A stretch of 37,453 nt of DNA from Chrysochromulina tobinii (Eukaryota), in assembly GCA_001275005.1 (NCBI GenBank), contig JWZX01003028.1, positions 1 to 37,453 on the forward strand, read 5' to 3'. Positions within the stretch are counted from its first letter, which is position 1. Every line of letters starts with the position of its first letter. The notes below the pieces were generated by a model that did not search any database, was not told the DNA's origin, and saw nothing but the letters and a program-made list of their open reading frames with translations. A program made the position numbers and the translations under genes. Shown in pieces: positions 1 through 10,308 of this stretch.

Positions 1-438
1 CAATGATATAATCAAGATATATGATGATATATAATGATATCTTGTATTGAAAATTCCCTTTTCTTGTATTGAAAACTACCCCAATCCCCTGCGCCCCCCC
101 TCGGCCGCCACCGCAGTGTGGCCGGTTTGTTCGACGTGTGCGGCCGGTTGGTTACGCAGACGCCAGCGAAATTGCGGTGGAGCCACAAAGCGCGAACGGA
201 GACACCCCCGGGCCGAGACGCGACGACGCGAAGACTCGCGATACTATTGTACGACTCGCGTACTGATTCTTTGACCACGTGACGAACCGATCTCCGACGT
301 TGGTAAGGGCCCCCCATGGCAGGCCGTAACCTCGCCACCCGTGACAGCCAAATTCGAAACATCAAACTTGAAAGCTCGGAACAGTACCCGAGTACCAGGA
401 ATCGGGACAGACTCGCCGTCGGACCCCCGTGACCCACC

Positions 439-1266
439 ATGCCCGTCACCATGTCGCTCAACGTGTCGAGGTCGCCCACACACTCGCCCACCTCGATCAT
501 CTACGGCCAGCAGATGTCCTACCGGGGTCCTGACGGTGCGATGCGCGACTTCATTGCCAAGAAGACCGCTGATCAGATTCGGCAAGGCAACATTGAGCAT
601 ATGGCCAAAATTGCGTCCATCAAACCTGTCATCGACGATGACGTGGAAGATGAGGCGACGGGAGAGGCGCGCAAGGAAATGGCGGCGGCATCGGCTGCGC
701 GGCGCGCTGCTGAGGAGGAGGCCCGCAAAGCTGAGGTGAAAGAGTACTATGCTCGCCTCAAGGCCAAGACAACTGTGATTGACGATGAGATGGACACGGA
801 GGCAGCAGCGATTGCCCGGGCTGAGTTCGCCGCTGCGTCAAGGGCGCGGAGGGCGGCGGAGGCGGCGGAGATCCACAGGGAAAATGAGGAGCTGAAGCAG
901 CGTCTCTCCCAGATCAAGCCGCATATCGACATGGACATCACCGACGAGGTGGCGGGCGAGGCGCGTGAAAAGCGTGCGGCCGAAAACATGGCGCGGCGCC
1001 AAGCGAAGATTGAAAAGCTCAAGGCAGAAAATCTGGAGATGCGGCGGCGGATCGAGGAGTCCAAGGCGAAGACTGACGACGACGTGACCGATGACGCGAT
1101 GACCGGCGGCGGAACGATCGGCGACCTGCGCAACAAGGTGGCCTCGGATTCGAAGGAGCGAAAGGCCAAGCACGCAGCAAAGGTCAACGCCGAGAACGCA
1201 GCGTTGGCATCGCGGATTAAGAAAACCAAGTCGAAGACGAATGATGGAGATGGAACGACCCATTAA
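439..1266 (+). CDS. Alpha-helical repeat protein (275 aa) with three 49-aa repeats plus a 55-aa variant; CFAP97/KIAA1430-like motif
   Basis: Single ATG-TAA ORF with coding-like composition. Units start at IDDDVEDE, IDDEMDTE, IDMDITDE and TDDDVTDD, spaced exactly 49 aa apart, with recurring EN..L..R(L/I)...K. Family resemblance is from motif recall only. Confidence 0.75.
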   Translation: MPVTMSLNVSRSPTHSPTSIIYGQQMSYRGPDGAMRDFIAKKTADQIRQGNIEHMAKIASIKPVIDDDVEDEATGEARKEMAAASAARRAAEEEARKAEVKEYYARLKAKTTVIDDEMDTEAAAIARAEFAAASRARRAAEAAEIHRENEELKQRLSQIKPHIDMDITDEVAGEAREKRAAENMARRQAKIEKLKAENLEMRRRIEESKAKTDDDVTDDAMTGGGTIGDLRNKVASDSKERKAKHAAKVNAENAALASRIKKTKSKTNDGDGTTH

Positions 1267-2044
1267 GCTTATGTCGACGTGCACGACGAGCAGACACAGC
1301 CCCCGCCCCCCAGCCCAAGGCGCGAGGTGGATGGTAAAGGGCTAACGGGGGGCGAGCGGGTCGCTTACACTTAGGTCACGCGGAGTAGGCGCGAGTACGT
1401 CCACAGACGTACACATTCGATCGCGGCGTGACGGGTACGTTCACCAATACCGAATACGGTATCATCGCATGCGTGACGGGTTCGATATGGCGTCACGCAC
1501 ACTCCACACATGTCGCCTTCGCACCACTGTTGAAAACGCGCACGCCGACGCGCGAGCCGCGACGGTGTTCGACCCGGCTATCGGATTCTCGCCCCCCCCC
1601 CCGTGTCTCTCGGCTGTCGGTCGTCGAGCAGTGCCGCACACACGCGCCCGTGCCGCATGCGGTAACGCGAGTACACCGCAATGAGATCTCGGACGGACCG
1701 CGTGACCGAGTTCCCTCTGAAGACGATAGACGTACCGAGTAAAACTTATGAATGATCACGATACAAGGTCGATCGAGGCGGGGACGACGAGGGAGCCCAC
1801 TTGTGGGGCTGGGGGACGCGATTGTTCGCGAGACACCGACCCTGACTCGCTGACTGCTGACACGAGTCGAGACGAGATGGTATGCGGAGATCGGATCGAA
1901 CCCGGGACAGCTCGACGCTGGTCGTTGACCCAACAAATGCAAATCTGCACAGTAACGAGTGTTGTGTAGCAATACAACCAGATAGTACAGCGTGGAGCGT
2001 GGGTGCGGACGACGGGCGAAGCCGGCACACAGCTCGAATGGCCA

Positions 2045-2560
2045 TCACCGACCTGGCTCCGAGTTGTTTTCGGCGAGCACGAGCTGTGCCTTCAGGCTGG
2101 CCGCCGTCGTATAGTCCTCTCGGCTCACGGCCTCATTAAGCGCAGTGTTCAGCTGTGCGATGGATGCCGCACGCGCTATCCACCATTGCAGGTCTTCTTT
2201 GGAAACCACGAGTGATGCTCCAGAGGGGCCCGGTGCCGTGCGTAGGCCACCCATCAGCTTGCCCGCCTCCTGCACGCCTGCAAATTCGGAATTGTCGTCG
2301 AGGCCTATCGCGTGCCTCGGGCTGCCAACCCAGAATTTCGGGCTGCCAAGCCAGATTTCATCCTCAGCATCTCCCGCCTCTCGCAGCAGACGCCTGCGGA
2401 AACCGTCCTCATCCTGCGGAGTGCCGATAAGTGGTAACACCGTCACGGCGGTGAGCATGAGGATGGCCAAACTTTCTCCCCAGGGGATGATCATCGGGTT
2501 AGCGGTAGCCACCATGGGACTGAGAGCGATAGCCGCATGTGCGACGGACTGGAGGAGCAT
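2045..2560 (-). CDS. Membrane/targeted protein with C-terminal UVR (UvrB/C) motif, ~171 aa
   Basis: Within ORF 2045..2686; first ATG at 2560 (MLLQSVAHAAIALSP, hydrophobic) and a second hydrophobic stretch (LAILMLTAVTVLPLIG). C-terminal QLNTALNEAVSREDYTTAASLKAQL matches the UVR pattern L..A...EDYE.AA.L. Confidence 0.7.
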   Translation of the reverse strand: MLLQSVAHAAIALSPMVATANPMIIPWGESLAILMLTAVTVLPLIGTPQDEDGFRRRLLREAGDAEDEIWLGSPKFWVGSPRHAIGLDDNSEFAGVQEAGKLMGGLRTAPGPSGASLVVSKEDLQWWIARAASIAQLNTALNEAVSREDYTTAASLKAQLVLAENNSEPGR

Positions 2561-2744
2561 CGACGAAGGAAGGTGTTCTTCCACCTTCCACCTCGGCGCC
2601 TCACTTCCACAACTCGGGTTTCGGCACTCTTTCCAAAAATGGCAGGCCAATTTGGGGAAAACCGATTTCTTGTTCGTCAACCACACCCTCAGGTCGGGAA
2701 GAGCGCTACCCCATCACCCACAACCCCTCCTCTAAGGAGGAAGC

Positions 2745-5700
2745 TCACAGTAGGCGCCCATTCGTAGCACAGCGTGCACCCCCCTCGAGGGAGCGCAGCC
2801 ACCCTCCGAGGGCCCGGTGCAGCTCCGGAGCCCGCGGCGCACGATGGGCATCTGAGAGCTGAAAGTGGACGCGCGGTATGCGCAGCACCTGCATGAGCGT
2901 GTCGAACGCGTCGAGTTCGCCGCCTTCTGTGAGTGTGAAGAGTGCACATATCCGAGATTCGGAGCGAGCGGTGAGCTCGGGAGCGCATCCGTGAGGCGGC
3001 GGCTGGCAGGCGCCTCTTTCCGGGCACGTACCGTGGTCGCCAAGCTCGCAGCTTCCATAGATGGAGGTCCAGAGCAGCCGACGCCGAAGAGGCGCTGCAG
3101 CGCGGCGCAGAGCGTCCGCATCGACGCCGGCAAGGGCGGCGCTGAGCCGTGGCATGCGATTCGGCGGCACGCGCACGGCGATGGACGTCCAATTGATGGC
3201 CTCATCAAGCAATTCGGACGAGAAGCGCTCCTTCGGACGAGAAGGGATCGACCACCGAACGAACACTCAGGCGCAATCAAGGGTCATCAGGTGCACTCAG
3301 GGCGCACTCAGAGGCGAATCAAGGGAACTCAGGAGTATTCAAGGGTCATCAGCGCGCGCCTTAGTGATGAGTGGCACGCAGCCGAGCAGTAGCCCAACAA
3401 TGGCGCGGTGGCCGTAGCCCCCAATCTTGCCCTCGGGCACGACGCAGAAGCTCGCTTCGCGCCCAGCGCGGATGAGGTCACGTCGGGCCTCAACCTACGC
3501 ACGCGAGGGATCAAGCGACCGGGCGATCAAGTGAGACACTCAGTACACAGGTGGACAACCGACTCGAAATGGCCCAGATAGGAAAGGCGACTTGACGGCG
3601 TCGTCTTGGGCGTCTCAGCGGCGCGTGGCTCAGGTAGAGATTGGGCGACGAGACCACGCTTCACGCACCTCCCACGGGAGATTGGGGGAGATTGGGGGAG
3701 ATTGGGCGACGAGACAACGCTTCACGCACCTCCCACGGTTGCACCGCCTCGGGCTGCGTCTCCGTCTGCGTGATGGCGATGGACTCGTGCCGCGAGGCGT
3801 TCTTGTGGCACAGGTAGAGCACTAGGCGCGAGGGCTCGTAGAAGCCTGGTCCCTGCGGCACTGTCTACACAGCACCCCCGAAGAGCACACGTGGCTCGAG
3901 CAAACGTGCCCGTGGCACGCCGTTGGGCGCAAACGCTCCTTTGGCACGAATCGCGCGGCAGGTGGGGCCGTCAGGATAGTCTATCAGGCCCGGATGCCCC
4001 GGGATCATCACGTCTTTCCGCGGCTGGAAGCAGACGTAGCACGGCGCGCCCGACGAGACGCACCGGATCGGATTCCTCTGCCCCCCAGCCGGGTAGTCCG
4101 ATCGGCCGCTGAGCTGCAGAAGGACCAGTTGACGGGTCGCCGACGCCGGGTGCAGCGTGTCCCAAGTGCCTCGCGCGTTGGCATGATCGCCCAAGGAGCC
4201 TCTCAGCCAGTGCACCAAGTAGCGCCACACCTCGGCCCAGCCCTCCTCATGCGGCACCACAATCGCATGGCGGGGCAAGCCGGCACCGACCGACACGTTC
4301 CAGTACGGGGCATGCTGTCGTACCCAACGCAGCGCAGGAAGGATCGTATCGCCATTCGGACACCCGTAGATCCAAAAGAGGTCGGCATGGTTCGCGCGCG
4401 GCTCAAAGTGATCGGATCGCAGCAGTCGATCGCCCACGTCCTCCGCCAAGTGCCAAAAGTTGCATGAGCGGCGCAGCGAGGGCGGGAGTGGGTAGATATG
4501 GATGCGCGGACGGACGGTCGCCCGGCGTGCCTCGAGCGACGCCACACGCCCCAAGGAGAGGCTGCAGTCGAGCCCCCAGTACCCCTCCTCACAATGGCAG
4601 AATCCATACGAGCACGAGCGCCCATGTGACGTGCATGCATTTGGGCAAGCGGCGACCGCGTTCGAGGACGCCTCGCCGGCAGAGCGTCGCCAAACATCGG
4701 GTCCAAGTACGCTCGCAACGTCGTGGATGCCAAAGCCGCCACTGCCGTGCCGACGCCGAATGTCGCCCAGCGTGCTGCCTAATAACGAGCACGAGCGCCC
4801 CACTGCTCGTGCCGTGTTCCGCCCCCCCCGAGCCCGCGGATCGAAGAGCAACGCATTCTGACGAAACCCATCGCTGCCTAATAAGGAAGCACAGCGGCAA
4901 CGAGGCGTCGTATCGGGCACCGACGAGTCGCGCGAGCCATCGCACCAGCCCAACCCACTGCAACCGCCACACCGCGCGCTTGGGAGAAGCACTGGCGGCT
5001 TGGCCGCGCCCAACATGGAGCCCAGCCAGGGCTCCATCTCGCGCCAGCTCATCCGAACGGGTGCCAGCGCATCCGAGGGTCCCCTACGAGTCGGGACCAG
5101 AGGCGAGTGGCCAGCGCCCAGCACAGCGCCCAGCGAGCTCAGGTTGAGATCGATCGAATAACGGCCGGGCGGCGCCACGTAATCAGCCTCATGCACGAGC
5201 CCGGGCGGCAGGAGCAGAGGCGAGTGCGCGGGGAACATCTTGAGGAAGGCGAAGACGGGGATGTACGCCCAAGCCAGCTCATCCGAAGCTCGCCCATTTA
5301 TGGAAGCTTGATTCCCATCCGAACCTGCCGCACTCGCGCTCGGCACAGCGCTCGGCACAGCGCGCGGCACAGCGCTCGGCACAGCGCTCGGCACAGCGCC
5401 CGCCGCCGACCGCACTCGCGCCGCCCTCCGCCCAGAGCTCGCGGACGGTCCGCTGGGTCTCGACGCAGACGACGCGCTGCATCGAGAGGAACGGGTGCTC
5501 GATAAAGGCGGGCCACTCGGCAGGCATCGGCGATGCCTCGAGCGACAAGGCACGGATCGCCTCCATGACACACGCGCACGGCAGCGGGCCCAGCCAGCGG
5601 AACGGAGGCTTCAGCCGGCGCACGTCGCGCCCGTTGTTGGCCACGTCGCGAAGCCGCTGCCACGCTTGCTCGGAGACCAGGAAAGAGAGATTGATCGGCT

Positions 5701-6085
5701 CACCGTCGGCCAGCTCACAGGAGGGCATGTGCGGCACATTGCACGCCGGACCGTGGTGCGTGAACGGGCACTCGCACGTGCCCGAGAGCTCGTCGCAATT
5801 GCCGTAGCGCATGCAACCGGGCGGGCATTTGCTCTTCGCAGCGTTCGATTCGGTCGGCTGTGGCGTTGGCGCGGTTTCTGCCGAGGCAAGCTGCTGTGGC
5901 GGCGGCGGCGGTGGCGACGATGCGGCGGCCAGCGGAGGTGCAGCGCCGGTGATGGGAGTGGCGAAGTCGATATGGGTGCGTGCAGCATGCACGCGCACGA
6001 TTGGTGGCGGAGGGTTGTCGGAGGTGCGGAGTAAGGCGAGCCCAAGCAGCGTGAGGGCGGCGACAACCGTAAGCCGACGTTCCAT
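2745..6085 (-). CDS. Exostosin-family (GT47) glycosyltransferase with N-terminal signal anchor and EGF-like domains; in-frame TAG at 3865-3867 (possible pseudogene or null allele)
   Basis: Exons 6085-5416, 5324-3730, 3494-3360, 3230-2745, all phases consistent; third intron is GC-AG. EGF-like CPPGCMRYGNCDELSGTCECP and CSYGFCHCEEGYWGLDCS. GT47 motifs RIHIYPLP, ADLFWI, FQPRKDVMIP, SFCVVPEG, GCVPLI, INWTSIAVRVP, DAFDTLMQVL. Confidence 0.85.
5335..5399. repeat. 12-bp tandem repeat (GCTCGGCACAGC, ~5 copies) in intron 5325-5415
   Basis: Read directly; it explains the spurious RCAE/AVPS peptide repeats in the ORF track. Confidence 0.9.
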
Positions 6086-6234
6086 GATGGCTATCTTTCA
6101 TAGGAAAGCGCTGTGAAACGTGAAAATCGTGGTTCATCTCCTCACGAAAATCCACTACACCGCCTCTGTGCGCGCGCTGCGCTTTGGGGGACAAATCGGG
6201 AAAGAAGTTTGCCTCGCACGTCGTCCGACGACAC

Positions 6235-8134
6235 ATGTCAAGCATTGCGAACTCGAAGTGGGCGGAGCACCGCACGCCGGAAGGCAAGGTCTACTACCAC
6301 AACACTGAAACGAACGAGACCTCATGGGAGAAGCCGGACGAGCTCAAGACTGGGCAGGAGCGTGCCGTTGGCGCAGCCCAGACTGCGTGGAAGGAGTTCA
6401 CCGCCGCTTCGGGCAAAAAGTACTTTTACAACGCGGAGACGAAGGTGACGACGTGGGAGATGCCCGAGGAGCTCAAGGCGGCGGTTGCCGCCACCGAGGC
6501 TCTCGCGACCGGCAAGACATTGGCTGCGGCACCTGCCGTCGCGGCAAGGCCGGCTGGGACGGTGGCGCCCTCCGCTGCGCCTGCGGTTGCGCCTGCAGCT
6601 GCGTGTGCGGCTGCGCCCGCGCCTGCGGCCGATGGCGGACCATCGGCTGCCGCAGCTCCGGCCGCGGCGCCGACGCTCTCGGCCACCGAGGAGGCCGCGG
6701 CTGCGGCCGCAGCCGCGGCCGCGAAGAAGACCTTCTTCGCGATGCTCGAGAGCGCAGGCGTGAGCGGGGAGGCGAGCTGGGAGGAGGCGATGAAGCGCAT
6801 CATCAATAAGCCCGAGTACCGCGTGCTGCAGACGCTGGCCGAGCGCAAGGCCGCCTTCTTCGCGTGGCGCGAGCTCAAGCGAGAGGAGCGTGAGGAGGAG
6901 GCGAGGCGCATTCTGCGCCAGCGAAAGGTAGCCTTCCTCGAGATGCTCAAGGGATGTGCCGAGCTGAGCAGCCGCACGCGCTTCCATAAGGTCGTGCAGC
7001 TCTTCGAGCGCGACCCGCGATGGAGCGCACTCGATGGGGACGAGAACGAGCGCGAAGAGCTCTATGAAGAGTACGTTGATTGCCATGGACCTGCCTTGCA
7101 TGCAAGTGCGCGAAGAATGCGTTGATTGCCATGGATGACCTGCCTTGCATGCAAGTGCTCAGCACAATCGCCTTGTCCTTATCAGGTACGCGCTCTCTCT
7201 CGAGCGCAAGGAGGCGCAAGAGCGTCGTGCCGAGCGCAAGGAGCAGATGGGCGCGTTCAAACGGCTGCTCGAGACGGCGCGCGTGGGCGGGCGCAGCCAG
7301 TGGCGCCACGTGGCCGATCAGCTTCGCGACGAGCCCGCGTACCGCGCCCTCGACAAGATCGATCGGCTCGCGCTCTTCGAGGAGCACGTGCGCGCGGCCG
7401 AGCTGGTCGAGGAGCAGCAGAAGCTTCAGGATCGCGAGGCGCGCCGGCGGGACGAGCGGCTCAAGCGCGACGCGTTCCGTGCGCTGCTGCTGCGCGAGCA
7501 CCGCGAGGGGCGCTTGCTGCCCCGGACGCGCTGGAAGGACCTCGTCAACGTCCTCCTGCCGACGCCCGAGTACCGCTTCGCCGCCGAGCAGAGTGGCTCG
7601 ACGCCCGCCGAGCTCTTTGAAGATGTCCTCGAGACCATCTGTGAAGAGTACGAGAGGCACCGAAGGAGCTTGACGCGCATCGGGGGCAACGGCGGCTTCG
7701 AGATCGACGTGAGCACGACGCTCGCGCAGCTCGAAGCGGCGATCGATGTGGCGTACACGCGCGGGGAGAGCGGCGTGCGCCCTCCATCGTGGGCGGTGCG
7801 CACGTACCTCGAGGACCATCTAGAAAGGCTCGCTCTCGAACGTGCCAGTCGCCCAGAACGGCGCGATGAGGGCGAGGGCGAGGGCGAAGGCAGCGGCGAG
7901 GCCCCCAACCGGGAGCGTAAGAAGAAGCACCACCACCACCGCGAGGGCGAGGAGGGCGAGCGCAAGAAGAAGAAGAAGCACAAGTCGAGCCGGCACAGCC
8001 ACCGCAGCCACGGCTCTGAGGACGAGGACGAGGGCGAGGGCAAGGGCGATAGCCCTGCCGAAGGGCGAGAGGCTGCCCCGGCCGCGGCGACGGAGAGGGA
8101 GGAAGGCGAGACCGAGCCGTTGCCGGCCCCGTAA
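6235..8134 (+). CDS. PRP40: Pre-mRNA-processing factor 40 (two WW domains followed by FF domains)
   Basis: WW domains WAEHRTPEGKVYYHNTETNETSWEKP and WKEFTAASGKKYFYNAETKVTTWEMP; FF repeats (ERKAAF, EREELYEEY, DRLALFEEH, TPAELFED); K/H-rich tail. Exons 6235-7070 and 7186-8134, phase-2 GT-AG intron. Confidence 0.93.
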
Positions 8135-8374
8135 TCGGCCGTGAGGCGAGGCCTCTTCTCTGGTCAAATTCTACGAGTCTGATGAGAATGCCATCCTTTA
8201 GCCGTGCAGACGAAGTGTCTAATAAAGGTGCAGCCACAGGGCGGACGCGGCTTCAGGGTTCGAGGCTCGCATCGGCGAGAGGCATCCTGCCATTTGGAGG
8301 AGTCGCCACCACAACTCGACACAAAAGATTCCTCATCTCCGCCGTCGTGCAGAGACCGCTGAATCTCCGATTTC

Positions 8375-10010
8375 ATGTCTTCGGTGATCCCATTCATCTG
8401 CTCCGTCGCCGCGCTGCAGACGCCGCCGCTTGTGCCGCCATCGCCGTCCGCCGTGCCCGCCAGCTTCGGACGCCGCGCTGCGCTCGCGTTCGGAGCGGCC
8501 TCGACGGCAGCTATGGCACTGCCGAATGCAGCCCATGCATCTTCCCAAGGGACGGAATGGAAACTGTGGCCCGCGCTGCCGCTCGCGCCCTACGGGAAGC
8601 GGAAAACGGTGATGCGCGAGGCTGTCCCAGGGCGCGCTTGGACCTTTGACCAGCTTCTTGGCGTCTTCTATGTACACGTGCCCATCAGGATGACGGTCAT
8701 ACGGATGGACGCTGGCGGCCTGCTCGTCTACGCGCCAGTCGCGCCGACCAAGGAGTGCCTGGCACTGCTGCAGCCGCTCATCGACGCGCACGGGCCGATT
8801 CGCCACATCATCCTCCCCTCGGTTGCGCCTGAGCACAAGGTCCTCGCCGGCCCCTTTGCTCGTCAATTTCGGAATGCCGAGTTCTGGACAACGGACGCAC
8901 AGTATGCCTTCCCGCTCAACCTACCGGCGACGTGGCTCGGCTTCCCGGGCAAGGTGAAGCAGCTCCCCCCGCGCGGCGACGGCCTCTTCGGCGGCGAGTT
9001 CAAGCTCGCCGTCATCTCGGCCAAGGCCTCGCGCGAGTCCATCTACCAGGACGCTGCCCTCTTCCACGAGCCGTCGCGCACCTTGCTCGTGTGCGATGCG
9101 GTCGTCTCCATCAACGCGGAGCCGCCTGCGATCTTGACGGCAGAGCCCGAATACACGCGCGCACTGCTCTACCACGCGCGCGACGACCCCCTCGAAAAGG
9201 TCGTCGACACGCCCGAGGTGCGGCGGAAGGGATGGCAGCGCATCGCTCTTTTTGGCAACTTCTTCATGCCAGGCTCGCTCCGTATGCTCGACCAGAGCGT
9301 GTGGCTGTCGGCGGCGTCGAAGAGCCCGATGCCGGAGCTCGGATGGGGCGGTGTGCTACCGTTCACGTGCGCGCCACCCGTGATCGACTGCGCTGCCGCG
9401 CGCGCGCGTGCCCGCGTGTGTGTGCCTCTGCGGGTGTGCCTCTGCGGGTGTGCCTCAGCACCACGTCCTCAATTCTCTTGACTTCTGGCATCTCCCTTCC
9501 CTTCGGGTATCCCACCTTCCTTCTAGCATCTCACCTTCCTTCTAGCATCTCATCTTCCCTCGTAGCATCTCACTTCCTTGATAGCATCTCACCCTCCACT
9601 GGATCGCCTGCACGCCGCGCAGTTGGACGGACAAGACCCCTCTCGCCTTCGAACGCTTCACGCAGGGAGGCGCGCCCGTGGTTGTGCCCATCATCCAGAT
9701 CATCCTCTCTCGCGCGCCGGAGGCGTCCGCCGCGTGGGTCGACACCATTTGTAGCTGGCCGGTTGAGACCGTCATTCCGGCGCACTTTGACGCACCGATA
9801 AAGGTGACGCCGAGCTCGCTGCGCAAGGCGTTCGCCTTCATCGATAATCGTGAGAATAAGGTGCGCGCGTGCGACGAGGACGTTGCCTTCTTGCGAGACG
9901 CACTCGATGGGCTGCCCCCCAACCTCGCCCTCTTCGACACGCCGTACGGCCCCTTGAGAGGCGAGCCGTGCGGGCTGGGGGGAGGGGGTCTCGTTGTGAA
10001 ATCCTTGTGA
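8375..10010 (+). CDS. DUF4336-like (metallo-beta-lactamase-like fold) protein, probably plastid-targeted
   Basis: Motifs WTFDQLLG, VPIRMTVIR, GGLLVYAPVAPTKEC, EHK, LFHEPSRTLLVCD, IPAHF typical of the cyanobacterial/algal family (recall). N-terminal presequence with RRAAL. Exons 8375-9366 and 9623-10010. Confidence 0.82.
9523..9596. repeat. ~18-bp pyrimidine-rich tandem repeat (TAGCATCTCACCTTCC-like, 4 copies) in intron 9367-9622
   Basis: TAGCATCTCA recurs four times at about 18-20-nt spacing. Confidence 0.8.
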
Positions 10011-10308
10011 GCAGCCCCTGAGTGTGCTGTCCCCTGCGGTCTGAAACCGCGGTCCGATGGGCGCGTGATTTTGAAAATTTGCATGCAACCGTTTCAAGAC
10101 TTGGCTCAGACTTCGCAATTGCAGAAGACCGTCCGCCAGTCCGCCATCTTTGCTTCTTGCATCTTCGAACTTCTAGACGGAGACGAGTTTCGAATGTCTG
10201 TGACCACGTCCGGGATCGACGCTGTCGCCGTCGAGCTGGTGACGAAGGGCGTCGACGACGCACTTTTTTGACAACTACAAGTACTTACGAGGCCGCCAGT
10301 TCCCGAAC

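Noticed and set aside
1..70. AT-rich stretch with a short inverted repeat (CAAGATAT/ATATCTTG)
   Set aside because: Truncated by the window edge and too short to assign.
3231..3359. GC-AG donors as a novelty
   Set aside because: GC donors are a known spliceosomal variant and are common in haptophytes.
5279..5571. Programmed frameshift between the two exostosin ORFs
   Set aside because: A 91-nt GT-AG intron (5415-5325) joins the frames exactly.
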